Source of the DNA: Podarcis erhardii
Lineage: Eukaryota
Reading direction: 5' to 3' (one strand)
NCBI GenBank assembly: GCA_964252035.1
Contig: OZ176210.1
Length of the DNA stretch: 64,000 nt
The notes beneath the pieces were generated by a model. The model searched no databases, had not been told where the DNA came from, and saw only the letters and a list, made by a program, of their open reading frames with translations. Below are positions 1 to 13,284 of this stretch, piece after piece; position 1 is the first letter of the stretch; the number at the start of each line of letters is the position of its first letter. The position numbers and the translations under genes were made by a program.

Positions 1-848
1 ATAAGACTTCAGTCACTGTTAGATTCCCTTACACACTGCAGAGGATAGCTTTTCCTGACACAGGCAGTAGTACTGAGGATGCAAAAACTCAATTGTTTTA
101 AGAAGTTCCTATTCTTACTTCTGTTTATCTCTCCTAATATCATCAGGGCTTCTGTATTGTTGATCACAGCACTGTCGTGTGTGGCTAACCGCAGGCAGCA
201 GATGCTCTTCATTCCCTTTTTGGCTGGAAGCCCTTCCTCTCAGCTCTTATGTAGTTGTGGAAGTACTCACTGCTGCTGAGAGACATCACATGACACAAAT
301 GGAAAACAACACCAGTGGGAACTTTCAAGTGCTTCTGACCTAGGATAGATGGTTGGAAGCTGGATAATGGGAAACATAAGAGAGTGTGTGTGCAGGAAAT
401 GGGGCAAAAGAAGTGATATTTCAGATAAAAACAAGAGGAGGGAAGCGCTGGAAGAGATGTGAAAGATGTTTCATTTCTTTATACTACTGTGGAAAAAAAC
501 CAGGAGAAAGATAGCTGGGGAACTAAAATTAGCCCTAAGAATAAAACTGGATTTCAAAATTTCTAGAAAAATATACAAAGCGTTTGCATTGATTTTGTTA
601 CATATTGTAAAGCAAGACAGTAGTTTTCCAGGGTGAATATGTACCCTTTTCTTAAACTTGTTTATTTAGAAGTGGGAATCACAATACACATGATGTTAAA
701 TTTGCATTTGCCAGAGTGGACTGGAGAACATTCAGTGAACAGGTTGCCTCCTCCCACTTGTTAAATAAATAAAATAGAAAAGCAGTCATCCATGATGAGG
801 GTGGTCTCAAAAGACACAATGGCAAGGGACTGGGAGGCCACATTGCAC

Positions 849-1167
849 AAGGATGTCACGACTTTTTCAGCCCAAAGGGTGCATTACCTCTCAGCAACAT
901 TTTGCGGGCCACATGCCAGTAATAGGTGAGGCCAAAGGCAAATATAGGGTAGCAATGAATATAAATTTGTACAGTAGGCTCTTTGTCCTCCATTCAGACA
1001 AGCAAAGATGCAATTTATGAGAGTTCAATAACACATTCTAGCCAGGCAGATACTTGAGGAGCCCAGCAGGGACAGAGAGGGTCGTGACTCAGGGAGAGGC
1101 CCAAGGGCCTGATAAAGAGGTTTTGAGGGCCACTTTTGGCCCCGGGGCTTGAGATGCCCCACCCCCA
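849..1167. mobile_element. Degenerate hAT-like MITE
   Basis: gcgggccacatgccagt...gagggccacttttggccccggggcttgagatgccccacccc resembles a common lacertid MITE; ends eroded. Confidence 0.5.
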
Positions 1168-3175
1168 TTTTAGACAATGGTCAACAAACCAACCTATTAA
1201 AGTGTGAATTGACAATACATTAATTCTGGCCTGTTGAGACACTGGAACAATTCATACAATCATTGTTTGAAGCAAAAAATGTTCCACAAAACTTACCCAA
1301 ACCAGTCCCTGACATTTTTAACCTTTCCAAATGTTAAATTCTCCAAACTCCTGCAAATTTTGACAGTGGGGATGCTTTAGAAAATGTGTGGTGATAGAAC
1401 TGTCTGATTGAAGGTTTCTTAAATGCTGCTGTCCAAAATCACCAGCCATGCTTGAAAGTAGTAATTCTTGATACAACTTAACACTCTCAATTGACTTGTA
1501 GCTGCAGGTGTCAGAGCCACCTGCTATGGTATCGCTATGGTATCAGAAAGCTTGGCTTTTTGAATTACCTATAGCTTCCTTTAATTACCAAATTTCTCTC
1601 TTTTTCTTTGTTAGGTTTATGCAAAACCACCCTAACTGCGCAAACAGTAACCTGTTCTTATAATTTACCAGATTATTCTATATTTTGGGGTACACAAGTG
1701 ATGTATATATCTAATGCAACATGAGATATGCTATCACAACACTTTTAAGAATTGAGAGGGGGCGTTTTCTTTCTTATCCAATTTTGCGGTTCACATAGAT
1801 CTGTATATGTCAAAACACAATTTAAGAACCCTAAAATACATCGAAGCTATCTTAACTTTCTTGGGTGCCTTTGTAAGTCAAAAAGATCTCAGTAGTACTA
1901 TACCTATGCTTGCATAGCCTATCACAGTGCACAGAGTGGGAGGTCTTTTCAGCCACGTGTTATTAATAAACCTATTTATCTGAAAAGGAAGATATTTATA
2001 ATACTATTAAAACTATAATTCTACACGCAGATAGGAAGTAAGTTTCAGCCACACATTCAGAAAAATCACATAGCCCTTCCCAGACTCTACTATATCAGAG
2101 GGAAACTGGAGGTTTGAATATCAGAATGCTTTCCTTCTTCAGATGCCCATGAGAGGCTAGCAGGTTAGGGAGAAAAATGCTTGCCTAACCTTCTTCTGGA
2201 CATGATAGTTTTCTTGCAGTCTGGTGGTGCTGTCCATGAAAGGTGCTTTTTCTGAACGTGCTGTTTGTCTCTTAAGCCCATTGAACTAATCTGAACATGT
2301 ATAAGATCAGTTGTTAAATCAATATGTAAAGATAGTAGTTCAAAAGCAAATTCATCATTATTAGCCTTATCCTTTCAATTAGCAATGTATATTAAGCCAA
2401 AGATTATGGGGATCAAGCAAAAAATTTCTGAGATCGGACATGAAGCGATTATATGCACATTTGATTAATGTGTGCTCTTTCAGAGTTGCTTTATCTTTTT
2501 AGCGTTCAGAATATGTAAATATTGTCTAATCTTTGTAATAAAGTATCAATTTGTTCAGCATAAATGATTTGCTCATCTTGGCCTCTAAAGCCTTGTCCTT
2601 TAATTTGATGCAGGGCTACAGTTATAGTACAATGTATAAATAGTTCATTCAAATTGAATTTATTAATCATAAAATTGGAAACTGCCTAGTATATTATTTC
2701 CAGTCTGAGTAACAAAGTTTTATGCACCCATTTACCATAAAATAACTTTTAAACTGATTTTTCAACACAGCGCAATAATGCCATTACTTTCTATAAGATA
2801 CATAATAGGCAAGGTTCAAACAAAAACCACAACCACTAAAAACCACCTCTCAATTGCTGGGGCTTCAAGCAGCTTATCTGAAATCAATGGTACGTGTGGT
2901 TTAGCACTGTTGTGTGGAATGTACTCATTCCAACGTTCTATTCTCCTAGAAATGCCAAACATACTGTTTACAAGCATGAATTGAGTGTACTGTATGTAGT
3001 TCTGTCTACATCAAACTGGTTCTCAGCCAACGCCACACTGGTAACTTCATGTTTGATCATGTCATAATTCAAGCCAGTTTGCGGATACATACTGTGATCT
3101 AGAGATCTGTATGTGTCCTAGCACACCTGTAGAAGTCTATTGTAAATGAACTTCTCTTCAAGGGGAGCTCTTAGA

Positions 3176-3345
3176 GTTGGCATCCATCAGTCTTGGTAGA
3201 CAGTGGAGGAGTGCGCCTTTGCAGGGGAGGTGAAACTATTGGCAGGTTGCAGCGCCTGCAGTGGCTATCGAAACTGATTCAGAAGAGGCATGTTTTGTTG
3301 CAGCTGGAACAGATGAAGGTGGATGCAGAGCTGCCCTTCTTGTAG
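3176..3345 (-). mobile_element. RTE/BovB-like LINE 3' end
   Basis: Minus strand encodes TFICSSCNKTC..SHCRRC (C-terminal Cys/His motif) and ends ...gactgatggatgccaac, as in squamate RTE tails. Confidence 0.7.
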
Positions 3346-4324
3346 AAGTGGGTACAGGAGCTGCTTGTTTGTGAATGTGTGCAGGCACGTTGATGTAGGG
3401 ATCATGCTATCTACAAGAAATACCTGGCTCTCACAGCAGTACTGTTTTGATATTCTGGCTATGCCATCATTCTCTCCCCTCCCTGCTGTCTGTGTCATTT
3501 TGTCCATGGATTTCAAATTCTTAGGGTTAGTAACTGTGCTGGGCTTCCATGGGCAGGGGTACTTCAAAAGCCCCAGTGTTCATTCCCATAGCCATCTTGT
3601 TCTCTTGCAAAAACAGCCACAATTACTGGGACGTTCAGTTCAGTTTTTATTAGGAATTAAGCACATTCTAATTACTTTCCCCCAACACTGCCAGAGATGC
3701 ATGTCCCTAGGCATTAAGTCAGCAGCCCTGAATTGGGATTTAGTCCCCTCAATAGTCAGCCATTGGTCTAGTTCAAGAGCAGTAAATGCAGCAAAGCAGC
3801 TTTTCCTCCACCTTCGCCAATACTGGTGTGCAGAAAGAAAAAGCTCTTGCTCTTCACTTTGCTTGACATTTTCTTTTGCTATATATTTTTTGCAAAGGGA
3901 AGGCATCAAACCGGAAACATACAGTGATGTCTAGTATTGGTCATACTCAGAGTAGACCCATTGAAATATTAAGCTGAACAAGTTGGGTATGACCCATAGC
4001 ATTCTTGAACACATAAATGTACTTGCATTGTTTGAGGCATAGTAGTAAGGCCAAAACCTTAACACTGTGAAGAAGGGAGACTAAGGAAACAAGGGAAAGA
4101 AGACAGTACAAGAAAGTATCTTGTAAAACTTAGTGTTAGATATCATGAAAACAGGTTTTAAAAAGAAGCTGTTCAAGATTGATTGTGTAACATATAGCAG
4201 ACTGAAATATTTACAAATACATATTTACTACTGTGCTCATTGTATGGCAGACAAGTAAAGCATGTGATACACTTTAAACAGTAAAATAGTCATTTTTTTA
4301 AAAAAATCTATAATTTTAATCAAA

Positions 4325-4455
4325 NNNNNNNNNNNNNNNNNNNNNNNNNNNNNNNNNNNNNNNNNNNNNNNNNNNNNNNNNNNNNNNNNNNNNNNNNNNN
4401 NNNNNNNNNNNNNNNNNNNNNNNNNNNNNNNNNNNNNNNNNNNNNNNNNNNNNNN
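4325..4455. other. Assembly gap
   Basis: N run. Confidence 1.
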
Positions 4456-5310
4456 ATCGCACCCATATTGATTTCCATGGGAAATGTTAGTCTGATACTG
4501 AAATAATTAAAAAAAAAAGCACCAGGGATTATTGGTTTGGAATTTTGAAGGAGATAGAAGTATAAAAATTGGTTATTGACCAAATTGCTTGGGGTGAATG
4601 AACCTTGGGCATATGCAATAAACTTGTAGCACAGAGTCATTACTGAATACTACCTTAGTCCCTTAAACCTAAAAGAAGTCAATAACCCATTATAACAATG
4701 CAAATTGTGGTGAAATAACATATGGGGCATTTTCGTATAACATTCTTTGAAATCAACGGGATATTCATAAATATAAATCTGTTAATAATCACCTAATTAA
4801 ATGTAGAGAAACAGGAACTACTTTTCACACAAAATAATAATAGACATGGGGCTAAACTACATGCTACATTAGAAGTCTTTTTAACTAATGTGTTTAGAAC
4901 CTAGACATAACTCTTTCTGTAGAAAAAGCAGACACAGCATGTGTGTATAATTTGATTGGGGCTGTTGCGCAGGGAAACAGGCAAAGCCTTTCCCCACCCT
5001 CCTTTCAAATCAACCCCCTCCAAAGAAGTCACTATTTATCCCAGAAGGTGCACAGCAGCTTCAAGAGTAGTTTTTGACGGGGAATGTGTTAACCCACAGA
5101 TCTCCTTAGTTGTCCTGTAGATGATATTCAATGCATTGTTGTCATTGGCATATTGCTGCTTCAGCTGGGCTTAGGGTTTTTTTCCTGATCACCTTGTGGG
5201 TAGGGGGCTGATTAAGGTGGTCCATCCAGAAACCAACAATCCAATTGGTTTTAAGAATACGAGGAATTTGCTTGTTGATTCTAGCTTTCCTGCCACGTGG
5301 CAGGTAAGTA

Positions 5311-5550
5311 CAGTGGTACCTCGGGTTAAGAACTTAATTCGTTCTGGAGGTCTGTTCTTAACCTGAAACTGTTCTTAACCTGAGGTACCACTTTAGCTAA
5401 TGGGGCCTCCCGCTGCCACCACGCCACCGTCGTGCAATTTCTGTTCTCATCCTGAAGGAAAGTTCATAACCTGAGGTACACTTTCTGGGCTAGTGGAGTC
5501 TGTAACCTGAAGCATCTGTAACCTGAAGCGTCTAACCTGAGGTACCACTG
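5311..5550. mobile_element. Tc1/mariner-type MITE
   Basis: 18-bp TIRs CAGTGGTACCTCGGGTTA / TAACCTGAGGTACCACTG (1 mismatch); TA on both flanks. Confidence 0.85.
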
Positions 5551-5809
5551 TACACAGCTTTTGTCTGGCTTTCTTCCTGAAGAGCACGGGTCTTGTTGCA
5601 CTAAGGTTGAGGGGTACTTAGAAGGCTCCCAATGCACAAAAAAACTAGATAAAGCCTACTCCTTCTCACTAGCTAGCAGCCAGAGAGGAGGCAAGTGGGT
5701 TCAACTCTGTTTAAGGTGCCCATTTTTGGGGGGACCCACCTGATAGCAGCCTATTGTCCACTCGCTGGCAACAATTGCCTGCAGGCCCAGTCACCTCACT
5801 CTGCATCAG

Positions 5810-5890
5810 TATCCGTGTATAAGACAAACCCCAATTTTTGCCTTAAAATTTTAGGCAAAAAACATTGTCTTATACAGAGAAAAATGCGGG
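5810..5890. mobile_element. Possible pogo/Tc2-type terminal remnant
   Basis: ccgtgtataagac...gtcttatacagagaaaaatgcgg resembles such termini; the matching left end was not found. Confidence 0.3.
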
Positions 5891-6469
5891 AATATTTTCC
5901 CATTTTGTTTTACTATTGTGCTTTATATTGTTTTTAGTATGTCCTATAAACTGCTTCAGTTGCTGCTTAAGCAGCAGAGAATGTGCTATAGAAACATATA
6001 AAATAAATCAATAAATATTGAAGAAACACAAGTTCAAAGTCCTTTGAGTTAACACAGAACTTTCTTTACAGTTCTGGATTCTAGTCTTTATATTGTTCTT
6101 AAGATTACAGTAAAAAGCATTTAGTTTATTTCATAGATGTGGTACTTGTTCATAGTGATCACAAGGCCAAAAATAACACTGGAAACTGAGATTGTGCTAC
6201 TAAATCTAATTTTTGGAATATGGAAAAATTGCTTGCTTATAAAATTGCATTAAATATACATTTTATTTTTAAATGACCAAAAATACTTAATCCAAATCCC
6301 ATCAAATGCAATATAAAATCTGATTTAAGTGATAACAGAATAAGGTGAATGAACATGAAAATAAACATATAAATATAATAAGTTACAATAATAATAATTT
6401 TTATTATATGTCTGCATGATAAGTTTTATTATCCCAATTTTAAATATCAAAGAATTGATCCTGCTTGTA

Positions 6470-6564
6470 AGTTTCAAAGAGGCATCTGGTTGTCCACTGT
6501 GAGAACAGGATGCCAGACAACATGGGCCATTGGCCTGATCCAGCAGGCTCTTCTTAAGTTCTTA
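6470..6564 (+). mobile_element. CR1-type 3' tail (LINE or CR1-tailed SINE remnant)
   Basis: ggcatctggttgtccactgtgagaacaggatg...ggcctgatccagcaggctcttcttaagttctta. Confidence 0.6.
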
Positions 6565-7002
6565 CGAAATACAAAAATGTCTTTCCAAAGGCATACATGA
6601 AATAAATACCATTATTAGGAATTTGAGTTTCAAATGTGTAGTGTCTAATCTAATACATATTTTTGAAAAATGTAATCTGCTTTCATTTTGTCTAGCAAAT
6701 TATTCGGCATACCTGGTCTGTTTTGAATCTTTGAGGGTTATCAGAAATCTAGTGTCCCTTGGCAGAGAAACTAGCATGGCATTAATCAGTTTTGTTATTA
6801 ACTGCTATTCTTAAAATTCAAGTATTAATTATTATTTATTGTTTATTCAAAACATTTATATGTCACCTTCCATCAAATGATTGCATTGTGCTTTTCAAAA
6901 ATAAAATTAGCAAATAAAACTAGAAACAGACAGCCTGTAAATGTGCTATAAGTAGAGAATTTAAAAATTTAAGATGAGAGTGTTTTTAAAATGCCTGGAA
7001 TC

Positions 7003-7534
7003 CAGATCTGGGCAATATCTGGTTTTCAACATCACAATATATCACCAGCTAAACATCTCAATATACCAATATATCACAATGTCTGAAATAAGAATGAAGC
7101 TATGTAGAGGCACTAGCTGGCTTAACCGTTTTTCCCACATCATGATTTTTTCTGCCTCCTGCAGGAGGCAGGGAAGAGCTGAACCAGCAGAGTTAACAGA
7201 GGCTGCAGGAAACAATAAAAGCATTGTCTGGCTTTCCCCACATTGTGATTTTTGCATGGTGCACACCCCCCCCCCCCTCATGATTTGTGATATATTGCCA
7301 GATCAAAAAATTATTAAACCAATATCACAATAATGGCCTTCAAACTTGGCTGGATCTACACTGATTGAAAAAACACTATAAAATCTCTCAGTGCAAAAAT
7401 CCCATTGGTGACCGATCACAGCTCTACAGCGCCATCTGGTGTCATATGTTTATAACGCAGTTCTAACAATACAATAGATGAATGTAGCTGAGTCCCTGGT
7501 GTTGGATCAAATATCAATATATCGCCCAGCCCTA
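7003..7534. mobile_element. hAT-type non-autonomous DNA transposon
   Basis: Right end atatatcgcccagcccta; degenerate left end cagatctgggcaatatc; repeated atatc/caatat subterminal motifs. Confidence 0.65.
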
Positions 7535-8595
7535 GTCTGGATGCATATCTATTTCAACCTTGGACTGACAGCAAAGTTTGTGCCAGACATATTTCTTTGG
7601 GAAGGGTACTCCATAGCTGGGACAAAGATGCAAGACTAACTTCTAATGGAGGTGGCATTTGGAGAAGAGTGTCAGTCAATGACTTTAGCATTCAGGCAAG
7701 ATGTGGGAGGAGAAACGCCTTGAAGTAGCTGTGGGATCATTAATATGAAATGTTCAGAATCTAAAATGTGGGACAAAACCTGCCCACCCCCAGATATGCA
7801 CTTTGTCCCTGCTGTGCTGTGTATTCCTCTCTTACCAGCTGCAGGCTGGCTTTCCTCTGATGGAGTTAGTTTCAGCTCTAGAAACCAGCTGTCACTTGTG
7901 ACAATATTTATTAAAATATATAGCTTCCTTTTTATTCCAGTCTACTGTGCTTACTGGGCACCTCTCCAATCTTTTTATGAGGAAGAAAGATCCTTTCCCT
8001 TCCTACACCGAGATGGCATTAGATGCAAGGCAAACTTTGAAATCCAACCTAAACTGCTTTATTTAACTACAGTAGAGGGTTTTGGAGCATTTCTAAACAA
8101 CAGTTTTCTCAGTTACATACACACACACACAGTATGTATGCTACATATACATACAACAAGTTATTAACTGGCAGAGAGATCACCAGTTGCATGGCAAAGT
8201 TAGTTTCCCCATTTTTCTCATGCCAGAAGCAACACCTGACTGCTAGTTAGTGGAAAAATAACTTTCCCCCTTAGGGCTATAGACATTAATTAGTTGAGCA
8301 ATGGAAAGAACAGGCCAAATGAAACCTGGCTGTATTTCAGAAAGTGCTACTTACATCTCTCAAAAAGACTGGAACAGCAGTTGCCTTGCAAACCCTCCAT
8401 GTCTACAAAGTGAAATGCACACATGTACAATTGTCTTATATAATGACATGTATGCTCCCTTTGAGAGGAAGGGCAGGATATAAATTTTATGAATACAAAA
8501 TGACATATCGGAATTAGAGAAAAACTGAGCAGCCCTCCTTCAGATGTCCTTTTGATTTAAATAGCTACACCTTCCTTACATTTTCCCACTAAACC

Positions 8596-8596
<1 letters not shown>

Positions 8597-8638
<42 letters not shown>

Positions 8639-9530
8639 TTATTTATACGCCTCCCATCTGGCTGGGTTGCCCCAGCCACTCTGGGCAGCTCCCAACAGAA
8701 TATTAAAAACACGCTAAAACATCAGACAATAAAAACTTCCCTAAACAGGGCAGCCTTCAGATGTCTTCTAAAAGTCAGTTGTTTATTTCTTTGATATCTG
8801 ATGGGAGGGCATTCCACAGGGTGGCAGCCACTACCGAAATGGCCCTCTGCCAGGTTCCCTGTAACCTCACTTCTCGCAGTGAGGGAACTGCCAGAAGGCC
8901 CTCAGTGCTGGACCTCAGTTTCCGTGCTGAATGATGGGGGTGGAGGTGCTCCTTCAGAAATACTGGTCCGAGGCTGTTTAGGGCTTTATAGGTCAGCACC
9001 AACACTTTGAATTGTGCTCGGAAACATACTGGGAGCCAGTGAAGATCCTTTAGGACTGGTGTTATATGATCTTGGCGGCCACTGCCAGTCACCAGTCTAG
9101 CTGCCACATTCTGGATTAGTTGTAGTTTCTGGGTCACCTTCAAAGCCCCACGTAAAGCGCATTGCAGTAGTCCAAGCGAGAGATAACTAGACTATGCACC
9201 ACTCTGGCAAGACAGTCCACGGGCAGGTAGGACCTTAGCCTGCATACCAGATGGAGCTGGTAAACAGCTGCTCTGGACACAGAATTGACCTGCGTCTCCA
9301 TGGACAGTTGTGAGTCCAAAATGACTCCCAGGCTGTGCATCTGGTCCTTCAGGGGCACAGTTACCCCATTCAAGACCAGGGAGTCCCGCATACCAGCCCG
9401 CCCCCTGTCCCTCAAAAACAGTACTTCTTGTCAGGATTCAGCCTCAATCTGTTAGCCGCCATCCATCCACCAACCGCCTCCAGACACTCACACAGCCAAT
9501 TAACAGCCAGTCTGTTCGCTTCACCCTGCT
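8597..9530 (-). mobile_element. L2-clade LINE, 5'-truncated, frameshifted
   Basis: ORFs 9140-9415 and 8775-9143 give ISRLDYCNALYVGL / QKLQLIQNVAARLVT / LHWLPV; WMAANRLRLNPDK near 9440-9480; (TTA)n tail 8597-8637. Confidence 0.9.
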
Positions 9531-10905
9531 AATGTCCATTTGTGCCAGCTTTCCCAATATGTAAACCTTTCCCCATTGTGCTCGGCCATTCTCCCCTGCT
9601 TCCAAAGGACATTCTATATCAGGATTTCCCAAACTTGGGTCTCTGCAAGCTGTTTCTGCAAGCTCTTTTGGATATAACATGGCTTAACAATTCTCTAACA
9701 CACGGATACTCAAGATTGAACCAGACTTCCATCACAACTTTTTGGCGCAATGTCTTCCCCTTCTTCAGGGGTTGTGGTTGAGAATTTGGAGTCAGAAGGG
9801 GAATTGCATACAGGTCCAGGTCCAGATGCCCCTCCAGAAGAAGAGCCTGTGGTGCCATTGCCCTTTCAGTCTGAGAATATCACCTTTCATACCCAAGTGT
9901 TAATCAAACCAGTAGCACACGTAAGACTTTCTAGGGTTAGAAGGGGGAGGAACATGGAGGAATGAATGTCTTTCGTTAGCAAGCTGCCAATGGATACAAC
10001 TGTGTGGTGATTGATGACAGCCAGACATAAATTTTGACTATTGAATTCAGTCTGGAAAACAGAGTGAACAGGTGGTTAACCTCTGATGCTCTGAAACAGT
10101 CATTTTCTGTGTCAAGACACCAAGAAACTGTCTGCTCCTGGGAACCACATAAGAGCCCTGATGAGCATTGGATCTGCAAAAGCTTCTCTTTCTTAATTAT
10201 TCCTGAGATGCTTATAATTCATATATCGAAAATGAGATTTCTCTGTCTGCTGGTAGAAATTTACATTCGGCGTGTGAGTTGCTTTCTGGCTACAATAAGG
10301 GAAGGGAAGTTGGTTGTTAAAGGGCTGAACGCAGGAGAAAACGTCTGCTTTAATTGTTTGAATCAAGAAAGTTCGTTGTTTTCTCAACAAAAGTGTTGCC
10401 TATAAATTGAAAGTAAATCTTCACTTGATGCTTCCTCTGTGGGAAAAGAGTTTACTCTAATAAGAGATAATGCTGTGAAGATCTTAAGGTGGAGACGGGC
10501 GATGTAATGAGACTGAATTGTTAATAAGATCAAAAACATTCAGTATAACAAGTATATCTTTGGACATTCCACTGTTGGCCACCTTCAGCAAATGTTTGAT
10601 GAGCAAATAAAATGGATTAGAACAAAGTTTGATCTAATCGAGAATGAAAGTAAACCAGAGATGAATGAAATAGAAAGCAGAATCAAACAGGGAGGGAACA
10701 GGTGGTGAAATGGGAAAGTCCTTCACACTGGTTTTTGGATGAATGAAACAGTCAAATGGTGGAGTTGTGATGCTGGTGGAGTGGAATGAAGCCATGGATG
10801 GAGAGACGTCTTGATCTGGCATCAAACGCGACTGTGCTATCTCTGTTGGTGAGGAGCCAATGAGAGACCTTCAGTCTGCCATGATCCCTCCCCCGGAAGT
10901 CAACT
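9531..10905 (-). mobile_element. Unassigned, probably retroelement-derived segment (possible L1 5' end)
   Basis: Minus strand begins gacttccggg...catggcagactg as squamate L1 5' ends do; weak PEEGED/LRQKV resemblance to L1 ORF1 near 9730-9770. Confidence 0.3.
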
Positions 10906-12077
10906 GTGTTTCTTGACAATCAAACATTCTCACTTTGAATGTTTGAACACACACACTCCCCTCTTAATCACTTCAATTTTCAGGTGGGCATCTCAGTTCC
11001 AACCCCTTAGCTGCTGTCATCTCCTTACTCAAACCATACCAAAATATGTGATAAAACCCACATCCAGCTTAAATAAATGATGACATTCATACTAATTTTA
11101 ATGAATTGGGATTTTAAAAATTTAATTTATATACCAATGAAAGATCACAGGGTGTTTTATAGGATTGCAATCTATATCAGGAATTAAGTAAATACAGTGA
11201 TGGAAAAGGGAAAAATGAACATGGATAAAACTATGTGGGGAAAATATGGCTTGGTGTTGTGGGTTATCTTTGCCACTTCATAGGTGGCTAAACATTCCTG
11301 TTTGAGGTAATTTGTGATCATTGACATATAATCACAATCATAGCAGCTTTAAGCTTAAAATAAAACACTTACATCAGGTTATAAAGTTTTACTGTTGCAT
11401 TATACAGTTGAATTAAGTATTTTCTGCTTTTTTATGTGATTTTTTTCAAGGAAACATATTTTCATCTTCAAAGGATTTCTGGGGGGACTTTAAAAACACA
11501 GCAGAAATGTCAAAAATTAAAAAGTGAATAAAAAGATTCATCATATTAATAATTTCACCTCTTTACACTTCTGAGGCATGCTTATGGTGACATGACAATA
11601 CTGTTATATAGCTTCAGATTATGAAAGGCAACAGATGTTGAAATTATTGTTCATGGTAAATGGTTTGCAAGATTAGAAAACCATCCAGTCTTTCTTCTAA
11701 AACACATACAAGGTGATGTAATTAGCTAGGAATGGGTTTCTCTGCTGAATCAGAAGCTGCAATCTAAGCATACATAGCTGAATAGCTTCCACTGGAATTC
11801 CTAAGGTTTCTGAATAAACATGTTGGTTCAGGATGTAAGACCTACTAAAAACAGTCAGATTTACTTATGAGTGTGCTTAAAATAATATTCCTCAAAGTAT
11901 AGATATTGGAATGGCATCACATGATTGTTTTTGTGATATTTATTTTCTTCTGTAATGGGAAGAAATTGATTCCAAATGTGTTGTCTTGACCCCGTACTCC
12001 ATACATGGTAGTGCCTAACCTTAAATGATGCTTCTCCAGTCTCGGCTGTATTTACAGTAATTACGTGCATAATGTAG

Positions 12078-12495
12078 NNNNNNNNNNNNNNNNNNNNNNN
12101 NNNNNNNNNNNNNNNNNNNNNNNNNNNNNNNNNNNNNNNNNNNNNNNNNNNNNNNNNNNNNNNNNNNNNNNNNNNNNNNNNNNNNNNNNNNNNNNNNNNN
12201 NNNNNNNNNNNNNNNNNNNNNNNNNNNNNNNNNNNNNNNNNNNNNNNNNNNNNNNNNNNNNNNNNNNNNNNNNNNNNNNNNNNNNNNNNNNNNNNNNNNN
12301 NNNNNNNNNNNNNNNNNNNNNNNNNNNNNNNNNNNNNNNNNNNNNNNNNNNNNNNNNNNNNNNNNNNNNNNNNNNNNNNNNNNNNNNNNNNNNNNNNNNN
12401 NNNNNNNNNNNNNNNNNNNNNNNNNNNNNNNNNNNNNNNNNNNNNNNNNNNNNNNNNNNNNNNNNNNNNNNNNNNNNNNNNNNNNNNNNNNNNNN
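12078..12495. other. Assembly gap
   Basis: N run. Confidence 1.
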
Positions 12496-13284
12496 GCTGG
12501 GATGTCTAGTGCTTCAATTCATGTTAGTTTCTGTAAGATAAGCACGTAGGAAGCTACCATCATGCAACCTGTATATACACCATGGAGATGTTGTAAGTGA
12601 CACTAATGTACAGAAACAAAATAGGTAAGATATCTATATTGGCCAAGGCTCTATTGGTAATCAAGGATGAAGACAATGAATTACACAGAACTCTTTAACA
12701 AGTGATAACATGCTTGTTACAACGGAAGTTGGGCTAGTAAAATTGCTCAATTTATGTATTTTGTAGCTGTTACTTATGTGGGGCAAACATAAGCTACTGG
12801 CCCCCAAAAGACCTCAAAATCTGCTACAATTTTTCAGGTCTGCAATAAGGTGGAACTCTTGATCTGGAGCCTTCAGAATAGTTATTCACATGAAAGGGGA
12901 AAGAGTGCCATATAAATGTACCCTGCTGCTCTTAACAATTGCCATTTGTCACGTAAAGGTAATATGGAACATTGCAGCTTCTAATACTGTAGAACCCAGA
13001 TCAGGATGCTGGTGGCTTGTGTCTGTGTATTATCCCAGAGTGATCTCTTCATGGTAGCTAAAAGCAGTTCACTGGAGAAGGTGAAAATCTTATGGGGAGA
13101 ACTACAGCTTATCTTCAGTGGTTAAATATTGTGGTGGTACATGCCCAAGTCCTAATGCCACATTCCTGAAACTATTTGTTTGGGTAAATGTTGGGATTCC
13201 TTTGCAAATATGTGGCTTCTGTAGTCTTCCAGTAAAATCAGTGTAGTTTATTTACTTCTGAGACAATATGTTTAGAATAGTATT

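Noticed and set aside
3323-3934. 203-aa + strand ORF
   Set aside because: No recognisable domain, starts antisense within an RTE remnant, no supporting splice context; an ORF of this length can arise by chance in 64 kb.
10340-10405. CFNC as the start of a gag zinc knuckle
   Set aside because: Lacks the His and correctly spaced final Cys of CX2CX4HX4C.
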